From NCBI GenBank assembly GCA_009843865.1, contig VYCQ01000023.1, forward strand, positions 64,320-128,319: a stretch of 64,000 bases of DNA, given 5' to 3'. The position numbers were made by a program, and so were the translations under genes. Below the pieces are notes generated by a model. The model saw nothing but the letters and a program-made list of their open reading frames with translations. It ran no database searches and had not been told where the DNA came from. Of the stretch, positions 1 to 9,085 are shown in pieces (the stretch's first letter is position 1; every line of letters begins with the position of its first letter). The DNA comes from Acidimicrobiia bacterium. GTDB taxonomy: Bacteria; Actinomycetota; Acidimicrobiia; Acidimicrobiales; Bin134.

Positions 1-4
1 CGAA

Positions 5-889
5 TCATTGCTTTGCTAGGTGTTTTTGATCTGTTAAGGATGCTTGAGGTACTCCTAAATGATCTAGTGCGCTGTTCATGCAATCCCAAAAGCTAGCGGA
101 ATCCGTGACCACCGAAGAGTGCCCGCCTTGGTAAGAGAACACGGCTATGTTAGGAACTGTTAGCGACAGTTCTTCTTGGAGGTAGTCGGGCACCACGCTG
201 TCGCCTTTAGTACATATTTGAGCGAAGGGCATGGATAGTTCTGCGATCCACGGTGATGAGTTGAACCTGAACAGCTCGGTTCCCGCGTCCAGCATGGCTT
301 GCGGATCACCTTTGAGCACTTCGGCTTGAGCCCAACGACTAAAGCCGTTGGCGATCACCTTACACACGACTTTTTGCCAACTCCATTGTCGTAAGTTTCT
401 TGGAATCTTGCGGGAGATTCCAGCTACAACTGGCATGAGCGAGAAGCGTGCTGACCTAAAACCTTGCCCACGAAAGCTAGTTGAGGTAGCTCCTAAAACT
501 ATTCCCGTGATTCGTTCCGGGGCTTGGCGGGCCGCTAGCTGCGCTATCGCTCCGCCCATGGAATAGCCCACGCATATGAACTGCTCTAACGTTAAGGCAT
601 CGGCAATGGCAAGCACATCGCTAGCGCAGTCGGCAAGGGTGAAGCGCTTGGTTGCAATGCCTGTGCCGTGGCCTCTGTGGTCAAATGCCACCACCGAAGC
701 TCGTTGAGCTAAAGGAGTGTAGATCAGATACCAGTTTAAATCTGCGGTTACAGTCCAACCGTGCAACAGCATCACCGTTGGCGAGCCAGCAGGCCCCTTT
801 ACGTGGCGTACAAACACTCGCCCTGTTGGCAGGGTGATCCATTCACCCGGTGGCAGCACTGGCCCTATTGGTCCACCATTATTGCTCAA
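5..889 (-). CDS. alpha/beta-fold hydrolase
   Basis: 294-aa ORF with an LLHGWT oxyanion-type motif and the nucleophile elbow GYSMGG. Its start overlaps the 3' end of greA by 11 nt. Confidence 0.75.
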   Translation of the reverse strand: MSNNGGPIGPVLPPGEWITLPTGRVFVRHVKGPAGSPTVMLLHGWTVTADLNWYLIYTPLAQRASVVAFDHRGHGTGIATKRFTLADCASDVLAIADALTLEQFICVGYSMGGAIAQLAARQAPERITGIVLGATSTSFRGQGFRSARFSLMPVVAGISRKIPRNLRQWSWQKVVCKVIANGFSRWAQAEVLKGDPQAMLDAGTELFRFNSSPWIAELSMPFAQICTKGDSVVPDYLQEELSLTVPNIAVFSYQGGHSSVVTDSASFWDCMNSALDHLGVPQASLTDQKHLAKQ

Positions 890-1352
890 GGGCTAAGATG
901 CGAACGCTTAGGTTCTGGCCAGAGGGGCTCTCATACGATACCGTGTCGCCCACTTGAGCGCCGATTATGGCAGAGCCTAAGGGTGAGGCAGGCGACATGA
1001 CATCTAAGCCGTCGTGACGTTCCTCAATGGAGCCCACCAAGTAGGTTTCGTTGTTTTCTAGGTCGCCTTCGTAGGCTATTGTCACCACTGATCCCACCGA
1101 AACCGTGTCGGTATTGTCTGCTTTTACGATGCGAGAGTGTCTCAGCAACGCACCTAGCTGAGCGATGCGGGTCTCCATTTTGCCTTGTTCGTCTTTAGCG
1201 GCGTGGTAGTCGCCGTTCTCGCTGAGGTCGCCTAGCTCCCGAGCTGCTTCAATCTTACGGGCGATCTCCACGCGTCCTACGGTGGTGAGATGTTCGAACT
1301 CGGCTTGCAGGCGATCATGGGCCGCTTGCGATAGCTCATGAACTTCAGACAT
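879..1352 (-). CDS. greA: transcription elongation factor GreA
   Basis: N-terminal coiled-coil (ARELGDLSENGDYHAAKDEQ) plus a C-terminal FKBP-like domain. I chose the internal ATG at 1352 (MSEVHELS...) over the ORF-track start at 1376. Confidence 0.9.
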   Translation of the reverse strand: MSEVHELSQAAHDRLQAEFEHLTTVGRVEIARKIEAARELGDLSENGDYHAAKDEQGKMETRIAQLGALLRHSRIVKADNTDTVSVGSVVTIAYEGDLENNETYLVGSIEERHDGLDVMSPASPLGSAIIGAQVGDTVSYESPSGQNLSVRILALEQ

Positions 1353-1408
1353 AAGGTTCAAGCTTAGCGTTCGCATTGCGGGGTTCGGTATTCGTATCCT
1401 GAAGGGCT

Positions 1409-2419
1409 ATGGCCTACATAATTGGAGTTATAGGCGGAGATGGAATCGGTCCCGAAGTGGTAGCCGAGGGTCTAAAGGTGCTGAACGCAGCAGGCGTAGA
1501 GATCGACATCGTTGCCTACGATTTGGGAGGAGATCGTTATCTGCGCGACGGCACCGTGTTGAGCGATGAAATTTTGGAAGAGTGGCGTGGGTTGGATGCA
1601 CTCTATTTGGGTGCGGTGGGTACCCCTGAGGTGCCGCCCGGGGTGATTGAGCGTGGGTTGTTGCTGCGCATGCGTTTTGAGTTGGATCTGTATGTGAATC
1701 GGCGACCTTTTCAAGGTCACATGGCTTTAAGCGAAGAGATTGCAGCCGACCAAGAAGCGTTTACCTTTGAGGTCATCCGCGAGAACACCGAGGGTACTTA
1801 TACAGGCGAAGGGGGGTTTCTACGTCGCTACACTCCAAAGGAGGTAGCCACCCAGGGTTCGGTGAACACTCGTTATGGTGTGGAGCGTTGCGTGCGTTAT
1901 GCCTTTGAGTTGGCCCGTAGTCGACCTAAGCGGCACCTCACCTTGGTGCATAAGACGAATGTGTTGACCTTTGCGGGTGATCTGTGGGAGCGCACTTTCA
2001 ACGAGGTGGCCGAAGAGTATCCTGACGTGGCTACCGCTTATAACCATGTTGATGCTGCCTGCATCTATTTTGTGCAGGATCCAAAGAGCTACGACGTGAT
2101 CGTTACAGACAACCTGTTTGGGGACATCCTTACCGATTTAGCTGGAGCAGTGTCGGGCGGAATTGGCCTAGCAGCTTCGGCTAACTTGAACCCAGATCGT
2201 ACCGGTCCTTCTATGTTTGAACCCGTACACGGATCGGCACCCGATATTGTGGGCACTGGTAAAGCTAATCCCACCGCGGCGATCTTGTCGGCTGCCATGA
2301 TGGTCGAGTTCTTGGGCGAGGCTTCTGCTGCCACGCGAATACGGGCAGCTTGCGCTGTTCCAGAAATTCAACATGGCACCACTACTGAAATAGGCGATGC
2401 TATAGCTGAGCGAGTTTGA
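1409..2419 (+). CDS. leuB: 3-isopropylmalate dehydrogenase (short actinobacterial type)
   Basis: 336 aa with an isocitrate/isopropylmalate dehydrogenase family signature (NLFGDILTDLAGAVSGGIGLAASAN). Sits next to ilvE and a LeuA-family gene. Confidence 0.88.
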   Translation: MAYIIGVIGGDGIGPEVVAEGLKVLNAAGVEIDIVAYDLGGDRYLRDGTVLSDEILEEWRGLDALYLGAVGTPEVPPGVIERGLLLRMRFELDLYVNRRPFQGHMALSEEIAADQEAFTFEVIRENTEGTYTGEGGFLRRYTPKEVATQGSVNTRYGVERCVRYAFELARSRPKRHLTLVHKTNVLTFAGDLWERTFNEVAEEYPDVATAYNHVDAACIYFVQDPKSYDVIVTDNLFGDILTDLAGAVSGGIGLAASANLNPDRTGPSMFEPVHGSAPDIVGTGKANPTAAILSAAMMVEFLGEASAATRIRAACAVPEIQHGTTTEIGDAIAERV

Positions 2420-2480
2420 GCTTGCTGGGCAAACCAGATGTCGTGAGACCAAAATTCGTTAGAAGGGAGAATTGAGCAAT

Positions 2481-3401
2481 ATGCCAATCAAGACCACAGA
2501 CAAAGTGTGGATGGATGGGCAGCTCGTGGATTGGGCGGATGCTACCGTGCATGTGCTCACCCACACCTTGCATTACGGCAATGGTGTTTTTGAGGGCATT
2601 CGTGCTTATGAAACCGATCGTGGCACTGCGGTTTTTCGGCTCACACCTCACATCAAGCGTTTGTTTGCTAGCGCTAAGATCTTGCAGATTGACATCCCTT
2701 ACAGTCCAGAAGAACTTATCGCAGCCACTATGGAAACGGTGCGTGTCAATAAAATGAGCAGCTGCTATGTGCGGCCAATAGCTTATTTAGGTTATGGCGA
2801 GATGGGACTCAACCCGTTGCCTTGCAAGGTGAACGTGGCGATTGCGGTTTGGCCATGGGGTGCCTATCTAGGTGATGATGGCATCGAGCGAGGTGTGCGC
2901 TTGATGGTCAGTTCTTGGCAGCGTCACGATCCCAACTCCATGCCCACAGCAGCCAAAGGTTGCGGTCACTACATCAACAGCCAGCTAGCCAAGGTGCAGG
3001 CAGTAAAGGCGGGGTATGACGAGGCGGTTTTGCTCTCCCCGCAAGGCTTCGTAAGCGAATGCACCGGTGAGAACTTGTTTGTGGTGCGGGATGGAACCAT
3101 CATTACTCCTCCCACCGCAGTTGGGGCGCTAGCTGGTATAACCCAAGATGCCATTTGTCAGATGGCTGGCGATCTAGGTATTCCCTATGTGACAGATAAT
3201 CTGTTGCGCAGCGATCTTTACTTGGCTGATGAAGCCTTTTTGTCAGGCACCGCAGCGGAGGTTGTTCCCATTAAAGAAGTGGATGACCGCGAAATTGGTG
3301 ACCCTGGCCCTGTCACTCGCAAGATTCAAGAGGTATTTCAAGACGCTGTAAGGGGACGATGTGCTCAGTACAGTCATTGGAATGAATATGTCGACTGCTG
3401 A
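2481..3401 (+). CDS. ilvE: branched-chain amino acid aminotransferase (class IV)
   Basis: Full-length class IV aminotransferase-like sequence (HYGNGVFEGIRAY, ECTGENLF). ATG 2481 is better spaced from the GAAGGGAGA RBS-like run than TTG 2472. Confidence 0.88.
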   Translation: MPIKTTDKVWMDGQLVDWADATVHVLTHTLHYGNGVFEGIRAYETDRGTAVFRLTPHIKRLFASAKILQIDIPYSPEELIAATMETVRVNKMSSCYVRPIAYLGYGEMGLNPLPCKVNVAIAVWPWGAYLGDDGIERGVRLMVSSWQRHDPNSMPTAAKGCGHYINSQLAKVQAVKAGYDEAVLLSPQGFVSECTGENLFVVRDGTIITPPTAVGALAGITQDAICQMAGDLGIPYVTDNLLRSDLYLADEAFLSGTAAEVVPIKEVDDREIGDPGPVTRKIQEVFQDAVRGRCAQYSHWNEYVDC

Positions 3402-5145
3402 GACCCAATCGGTGGACCAAGCCCGCTCATCGTCACGAGCTATGCCTTTGGCAGTTGAGATCTATGACACCACGCTGCGTGATGGCAGTCAGCTTCGCGG
3501 CATATCGCTTACCGTACAAGACAAGCTGCGTATAGCCGTTCAGCTAGATGATTTAGGGGTTCACTACATTGAGGGTGGTTGGCCTGGTTCTAACCCCAAA
3601 GATGATGAGTTTTTTGCACGGGTCGGCAACGAGTTGAGCCTACAAATCAGCACTCTGGTGGCTTTTGGGTCTACTCGCCGCGTGAAAGGTCGAACCGATG
3701 AAGATCTAACATTGTCCAACCTAGTGCAATCAGGCACGAAAGTGGCCTGCATTGTAGGCAAATGTTGGGATTATCATGTTCTAGAAGCATTGCGTACCAC
3801 TTTGGATGAGGGCGTGGCGATGGTGGCCGATTCGGTGCAGTTCCTCGTCAAGCAGGGCATGAGGGTGTTTTTTGATGCTGAGCACTTTTTTGACGGTTAT
3901 CGAGATAACCCTGAATATAGCTTGGCTGTGCTAGAGGCTGCCGCTGTAGCTGGTGCTGATCGTTTGGTGTTATGTGATACCAACGGGGGATCACTGCCTA
4001 ACGACGTGGAAAAGGCGGTAGGAGAGGTGGTGGATTATTTAGACACTCCGGTGGGGGTACATCTACATAATGACACCGGCTGTGGGGTGGCCAATGCTTT
4101 GGCGGGGGTGCGTGCTGGAGCTACTCAGGTGCAGGGCACCATCAACGGTTACGGAGAACGCACCGGTAACTGCAACTTAGTGCCCATCATCGCTAACCTC
4201 AGCTTGAAACTGGGTGTGCAGACGGTGCCTGCTGATCGGTTGAAGCGGCTGACTTCGGTATCGCATCATGTGGCCGAGTTGGTGAACTTCACACCTGACC
4301 CTCAGCAGCCCTACGTGGGATCTTCTGCGTTTGCGCATAAGGCTGGTCTGCACACCAGTGCTATAAGCCGTCGACCTGATGCTTATGAGCACATTGATCC
4401 TTCAGATGTGGGTAACGGCACTCGTTTTGTGGTGTCGGAGATGGCGGGGCGCTCAACTGTAGAGCTTAAAGCCGCAGAGCTAGGCTTGGAGTTAGACGGT
4501 GCTGCTGTGGGCGAAATTGTGGACACTCTAAAGAATCTAGAGCACGCTGGCTACCATTTTGAGGTGGCTGATGCTTCGTTAGAGCTTTTGATGAGGGCAG
4601 CTGCGGGTTGGACGCAGCCGTATTTTGAGTTGGAATCTTTTCGAGTATCTACCGAGCATCGCTCAGGTACAGGGGCTAGAGCTTGGAATGAGGTAGCGGT
4701 GGATATGGACACCGAAGCCACCGTAAAGCTGCATGTGCAAGGCGAGCGTATTGTGGCTACTGGTGAGGGCAACGGCCCCGTAGATGCTTTGCACGCGGCA
4801 TTGACTGTGGCGCTAGCTGAACGGTATCCAGAGTTCCGGTCAATCTTGCTTATTGATTACAAGGTGCGGGTATTGGACACCGCGTCTGGTACTGCCGCAG
4901 TTACCCGGGTTATCGTTGACTCTTCAATGGGAGATCAGGTGTGGACCACCATCGGGGTTTCCGCAAACATCGTGGAAGCAAGTTGGCAAGCTCTCGTAGA
5001 CAGCCTTGTGTATGGGTTGTTGCACGCCGGTGTGTCCCCGCAGTCTTCTAAGCAGCAGTTTGCTGGGGAGCGATCTGTCGGCTCGCGATCTACCAGCGCG
5101 TCAATCCAAAGCTCCCTATCTCAGAGCTCACACGCAAAGGGCTAA
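3382..5145 (+). CDS. cimA: citramalate synthase / 2-isopropylmalate synthase family enzyme
   Basis: HMGL-like N-terminus (IYDTTLRDGSQ, EGGWPGSNPKDDEFF) and a LeuA-type C-terminal regulatory domain. Has a Ser-rich tail of about 40 aa. The start is ambiguous (3361/3382/3388) and overlaps the ilvE end. Confidence 0.72.
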   Translation: MNMSTAETQSVDQARSSSRAMPLAVEIYDTTLRDGSQLRGISLTVQDKLRIAVQLDDLGVHYIEGGWPGSNPKDDEFFARVGNELSLQISTLVAFGSTRRVKGRTDEDLTLSNLVQSGTKVACIVGKCWDYHVLEALRTTLDEGVAMVADSVQFLVKQGMRVFFDAEHFFDGYRDNPEYSLAVLEAAAVAGADRLVLCDTNGGSLPNDVEKAVGEVVDYLDTPVGVHLHNDTGCGVANALAGVRAGATQVQGTINGYGERTGNCNLVPIIANLSLKLGVQTVPADRLKRLTSVSHHVAELVNFTPDPQQPYVGSSAFAHKAGLHTSAISRRPDAYEHIDPSDVGNGTRFVVSEMAGRSTVELKAAELGLELDGAAVGEIVDTLKNLEHAGYHFEVADASLELLMRAAAGWTQPYFELESFRVSTEHRSGTGARAWNEVAVDMDTEATVKLHVQGERIVATGEGNGPVDALHAALTVALAERYPEFRSILLIDYKVRVLDTASGTAAVTRVIVDSSMGDQVWTTIGVSANIVEASWQALVDSLVYGLLHAGVSPQSSKQQFAGERSVGSRSTSASIQSSLSQSSHAKG

Positions 5146-5152
5146 CCCAGCT

Positions 5153-5686
5153 ATGGCAGCGCCTAACTATGTGCCAACCGAAACTCCTGCGGCTCAGCGT
5201 CATTATGTTTCTCCACCTCGGCTGCCACAATCTTGGTTTGCTGACCGACCAGGCGATCTGAAGGGATCGCAACCCTCAGGCAACGGTCTAGGCGTGCCTG
5301 GGCCAGATCAGGGATATGCTTGGGCCTTAGCTCGTCGACTGCAAGATGCGATGTTTTTATCTTCCGGCGAACATGCTGACGATGCTGTTGCTGGATGTGT
5401 GGGGGTGGCTCTTAAGCGGGCAGCCTGCTTTGGTCGTGCCCCGATCTTGGTTGATGTGGAAATAGCCTTCAGGCTGTTTGGTTACCTGCCTCCATCTCCC
5501 GATGGGCGGCTGCTTCGGTGGCGCAAGAAGGCTTTTGCAGGTTTGCGTCATCAGCATCACTATGGTGAAGCGCGACATTTGGTGGACATGGTGAGTGAAG
5601 AAGTGTTGCGCATGACATCTGCTGCAATTACGGCAGCTTGTGAGGCAGATCGTTTTGGGCTGTTGGATTTTTCTGTTACCAGGTGA
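5153..5686 (+). CDS. hypothetical protein
   Basis: ORF-track 5006..5686 trimmed to ATG 5153 (MAAPNYV...), just after the cimA stop. Its stop overlaps the gltX GTG start (GTGA). No motif recognised. Confidence 0.5.
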   Translation: MAAPNYVPTETPAAQRHYVSPPRLPQSWFADRPGDLKGSQPSGNGLGVPGPDQGYAWALARRLQDAMFLSSGEHADDAVAGCVGVALKRAACFGRAPILVDVEIAFRLFGYLPPSPDGRLLRWRKKAFAGLRHQHHYGEARHLVDMVSEEVLRMTSAAITAACEADRFGLLDFSVTR

Positions 5687-7035
5687 GCGCTGTTCAAAAT
5701 TCAAGAGTTAGGTTCGCACCCTCACCTACAGGGTATTTGCATGTTGGTTCGGCTCGTACCGCTTTGTTTAACTGGCTGTTTGCGCGTGCCACGGGGGGAA
5801 CCATGGTACTGCGGATTGAAGACACCGACGAGAACCGCAATCGTCCTGAGCTGACCGCTGCCATTTTTGAGTACCTTAAGTGGCTGGGTATTGATTACGA
5901 CGAGGGACCTTTCTATCAATCCGAACGCCGCCAACAACATCGCCAAGCAATTCAGCAGCTTCTTTGTGACGGCAAGGCTTATCTATGCGATGCTAACGAT
6001 AATGAGCAGCCTGGTACTGAGTTGGTTGAAGGCTGTGCGGTGCGGTTTCGCACCCCAGAGGGCAGCACCACAATTTCTGATGTGATCCGCGGCGAGGTAA
6101 CCGTGGAGCACAGTCAGCTTGGAGATTTTGTGATCTGGCGATCGGATGGGTCGCCTACTTTTGTGCTGGCCAATGCTGTGGATGACCAGGATATGGCAAT
6201 AACCCATGCAATCCGCGGGGAGGACTTGTTGTCTAGTGCGCCTCGTTCGGTGTTGTTAATGCAAGCTTTAGGCCACACTCCGCCGGTTTATGCTCATTTA
6301 CCTTTGCTGGTGAATGAGCAGCGCAAGAAATTGTCTAAGCGCCGTGATGATGTGTCATTGGAGAGCTATCGAAAGCAGGGCTACTTGGCTAAAGCAATGG
6401 CCAACTATTTGGCGCTGCTAGGTTGGGGGCCGCGCGATGAAGTTGAGATCAGACCCATGGCTGAGGTTATAGCTCAGTTTCAGTTAGAAGACGTGAATCG
6501 CTCAGCGGCGTTTTTTGATTTAGCTAAGCTACAGCACTTCAACGGTGTTTATATCCGTCAGCTAGATACCGCTGAGCTACTAGATGTGCTGACCCCGTTT
6601 TTGGAGTCAGAAGAGGTACCGTGGTCCAAGGCGTGTTACCGCCCTGAGGTCGTTGTGGCTATGGTGCCGTTGGTTCAAGAAAAGCTTCGTACCCTGGCTG
6701 ATATTGTGCCTCAGGTGGACTGGCTCTTTTGCGGTGAGCCGGTTGTAGATCAAACCTCATGGCAAAAGGTGCTGGTTGATAACAAAATCTCTGCAGAGGT
6801 TCTAGATGGAGTGATTGCTGTGCTAACAGATTGTGCTTGGGAGCCAGAAATCGTCAAAGAAGCTGTGTTTCGCATTGGTGAGGCTAGTGGTTTGAACCGT
6901 TCTAAATCGCAGGCCCCGGTGCGGGTAGCTGTGACGGGACGTTCTGTGGGTCCCCCGTTGTTTGAGCCTATGGTACTGCACCTCAGCCGTCAAGAGGTTC
7001 TGCGCCGTCTACGCCGGGCGCGTTGCTGTCTCTAG
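5683..7035 (+). CDS. gltX: glutamate--tRNA ligase
   Basis: Class I aaRS HIGH region (PSPTGYLHVGSA) and KLSKR motif; 450 aa. Confidence 0.92.
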   Translation: MSAVQNSRVRFAPSPTGYLHVGSARTALFNWLFARATGGTMVLRIEDTDENRNRPELTAAIFEYLKWLGIDYDEGPFYQSERRQQHRQAIQQLLCDGKAYLCDANDNEQPGTELVEGCAVRFRTPEGSTTISDVIRGEVTVEHSQLGDFVIWRSDGSPTFVLANAVDDQDMAITHAIRGEDLLSSAPRSVLLMQALGHTPPVYAHLPLLVNEQRKKLSKRRDDVSLESYRKQGYLAKAMANYLALLGWGPRDEVEIRPMAEVIAQFQLEDVNRSAAFFDLAKLQHFNGVYIRQLDTAELLDVLTPFLESEEVPWSKACYRPEVVVAMVPLVQEKLRTLADIVPQVDWLFCGEPVVDQTSWQKVLVDNKISAEVLDGVIAVLTDCAWEPEIVKEAVFRIGEASGLNRSKSQAPVRVAVTGRSVGPPLFEPMVLHLSRQEVLRRLRRARCCL

Positions 7036-7079
7036 CACATAGGCCCATCTTTGGCGGGTTTATCTGCGGCCAGCCTGTT

Positions 7080-7535
7080 TTATTGGTTGGATACAGAGAT
7101 TGCCACTTGTAAGTCACTGAAGCTGGGATCGTCTAGGCCGTCGCTGCAATGCAAGGTGAGGTGCTGTTCTGCGGATTCGGTGATGATCCCTGAGTTTCCC
7201 AGCCAGGCTGTCTCCAAGCCGCCGATATCCCAGGCGTTCCAAACCTCTAGCCAGCGCACCCGAGGTCCGTTGACTAGTAACTCCACTGTTTTAGGACTCG
7301 TATCTGCCCATAGTGAGACGATCTCAGCACTAGCCCCTGCCAATTCCAAAGTGCCGTTACTAGCAGCTAGCTTGAGGGCTTGGCGGCGGTCTGAGCGGGC
7401 CGCGATTCGTTGCACCCTAATTTTGCTGTGATGATTCACCGCCAGCAGCAGCATAGGGCGTACCTGTTGGTTTTGATGGATGAGGCTGCTAGTACCGTCG
7501 GCGAAGCGCTCGCTGAAGCTGGGTTCCGTGTTCAT
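7080..7535 (-). CDS. hypothetical cytoplasmic protein, translationally coupled to the upstream membrane protein
   Basis: 151-aa ORF whose ATG overlaps the upstream gene's TGA (ATGA at 7532-7535). The opposite-strand ORF 7051..7431 looks like low-complexity shadow sequence. Confidence 0.5.
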   Translation of the reverse strand: MNTEPSFSERFADGTSSLIHQNQQVRPMLLLAVNHHSKIRVQRIAARSDRRQALKLAASNGTLELAGASAEIVSLWADTSPKTVELLVNGPRVRWLEVWNAWDIGGLETAWLGNSGIITESAEQHLTLHCSDGLDDPSFSDLQVAISVSNQ

Positions 7536-8056
7536 GGTTGGGCGTAGGGGTTAAGACCTTGGTCGCCCCAGGTGGGGGTTGGGCGATGTTTGGTGATTCG
7601 GCAGTAGCGCAGCATCTCTTCGGGTAGTTGCATCTCTTCTAGCGAATTAGTGCGTGGGTTGAAGCGCTGCGGGGCTTGTCCAATAGCCATGCGCGCTTGG
7701 TTGCGTTCGCCGAACATAACAGCAGAAGGCTGTTCTGAAAGGTTTTTCCAGTAGCGCCGCCGTATAGCAGCCATAGATGGGGGAGTGCCTTTGGGCGTTG
7801 GCTTGAAGATGGATTCCCCTGCTTGCCAAGGTTGCGGCGTAGCGGGCTTTGTTGATGTAAGGGCTGTTTTTATGAGGGATATCTTTGGCGATGAAGATGA
7901 AGATGTTTGATTGGTTGTAAGCCAACCCGGAGTGCCTGCGGTGCGGGGGCGGAAGCTGCGGCGGATGGGTTTACCCATCCAATCCAAGATGATGCCCAAT
8001 GTCGCTAATGCCAACATGATTAATAAGAAAACAAAAAAGGCGACAAAGATAGACAT
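7532..8056 (-). CDS. N-terminally membrane-anchored protein with Ser/Thr/Pro linker and a C-terminal domain of about 80 aa (function unknown)
   Basis: The hydrophobic segment MSIFVAFFVFLLIMLALATLGIIL is followed by basic residues and an S/T/P-rich linker. The C-terminal part carries RRRYW ... NQARMAIGQAP ... MQLPEE. Confidence 0.55.
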   Translation of the reverse strand: MSIFVAFFVFLLIMLALATLGIILDWMGKPIRRSFRPRTAGTPGWLTTNQTSSSSSPKISLIKTALTSTKPATPQPWQAGESIFKPTPKGTPPSMAAIRRRYWKNLSEQPSAVMFGERNQARMAIGQAPQRFNPRTNSLEEMQLPEEMLRYCRITKHRPTPTWGDQGLNPYAQP

Positions 8057-8065
8057 GAGCTTTTC

Positions 8066-9085
8066 TTAGGGTAGGCGGGCTAAAAGTTCCAAAAGCAGAT
8101 TGTAAAAGCCATCTGCATCTACTTCTGTAATGTAGTAGCAGTTAACAGGTCGATCTGTTACCCCCCACCAGTCAACTACGGTCATCCCCGTAGTAAGCGG
8201 CGAGATGGTCTCTATTTCCACATTACAGTAGCGGCCTTTGTACATCTCTGGGTGCAGTAGGTAGGCGATCACGTTGGGATCGTGTAATGGGCCACCACTA
8301 GTGCCATATTTTTCCATGTCAAAACGTTCGTAAAACTCCAGCATGTTCGCTGCGGCAATTCCGCAATGAGTACCCAAGGTTCGCACTTTGGATATCCAGT
8401 GGTGGGCCATCAACGCCTTGTGGGTGACATCTAGCGGCAACATGGTGACTGGTGCGCCGCTATGTAAGACGATTTGAGCAGCTTCGGGGTCAACCAAAAC
8501 GTTGAACTCAGCGGTGGGGGTGGTGTTGCCACCTACAAAAAAACCTCCGCCCATACAGACGATCTCGCGAATCTTGCTGCTCAAGGTGGGGTAAGCCTCT
8601 AACACCGTAGCTATGTTGGACATTGGCCCCACCGGGCAGATGGTGATTTCTTGTTCGTTGGCTTTTGTTAGCTGTTCGGTTATCCAATCAACTGCGTTTT
8701 GGGGTTGTAGAGAGGTTGTTGGTTCAGGCAGGTCCGCACCGTCAATGCCTGTTGTGCCGTGTACCTGTTCGGCTGTGATCAGATCGCGGCGCAGGGGACG
8801 ATCGCGGCCCGCAAACACCGGAATGTCTGGACGACCCGCTAGTTCGCAGATCTTCAAAGCGTTGTTGGCCGTTAGGTCTAAGGGAACGTTTCCGGCCACA
8901 GCAGTTATGCCCAGAATCTTCAGTTCAGGGGCTGCTATGGCAGCCAGTATTGCTAGCGCATCGTCTTGGCCCGGATCAGTATCGATGATGATTGGACGAG
9001 GGGTGATCGCTGGTGGTGTGCTGCTTGTTAGCTTATTCGGGTTTTGATGATTGCCCGTTGGCGGGCAATCGAGATCAAGGGTCAT
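8066..9085 (-). CDS. inosine/uridine-preferring nucleoside hydrolase family protein
   Basis: N-terminal IIIDTDPGQDDALAI (DxDxxxDD Ca-binding fingerprint of the IUNH family); 339 aa. Confidence 0.85.
   Translation of the reverse strand: MTLDLDCPPTGNHQNPNKLTSSTPPAITPRPIIIDTDPGQDDALAILAAIAAPELKILGITAVAGNVPLDLTANNALKICELAGRPDIPVFAGRDRPLRRDLITAEQVHGTTGIDGADLPEPTTSLQPQNAVDWITEQLTKANEQEITICPVGPMSNIATVLEAYPTLSSKIREIVCMGGGFFVGGNTTPTAEFNVLVDPEAAQIVLHSGAPVTMLPLDVTHKALMAHHWISKVRTLGTHCGIAAANMLEFYERFDMEKYGTSGGPLHDPNVIAYLLHPEMYKGRYCNVEIETISPLTTGMTVVDWWGVTDRPVNCYYITEVDADGFYNLLLELLARLP

Noticed and set aside
5006-5152. The upstream part of ORF 5006-5686, which overlaps the cimA 3' end.
   Set aside because: Its Cys/Ser/Leu-rich translation is out of frame with a confident gene. 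An internal ATG 5153 just after the cimA stop is more plausible.
7051-7431. A plus-strand 126-aa ORF competing with the minus-strand 151-aa ORF.
   Set aside because: The minus-strand ORF is ATGA-coupled to its upstream gene and looks like a globular protein. The plus-strand translation is Ser/Cys-rich and junk-like. The choice is still not certain.
8613-9047. Long antisense ORFs opposite confident genes. Examples are 8613-9047(+), 10879-11238(+), 26167-26640(-), 27265-27777(-), 32609-32992(-), 42385-42813(-), 42770-43171(-) and 56501-56905(+).
   Set aside because: Each lies fully inside a gene with clear family motifs on the other strand. Their translations are low-complexity (Arg/Ser/Pro/Gly-rich). 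These are typical shadow ORFs.
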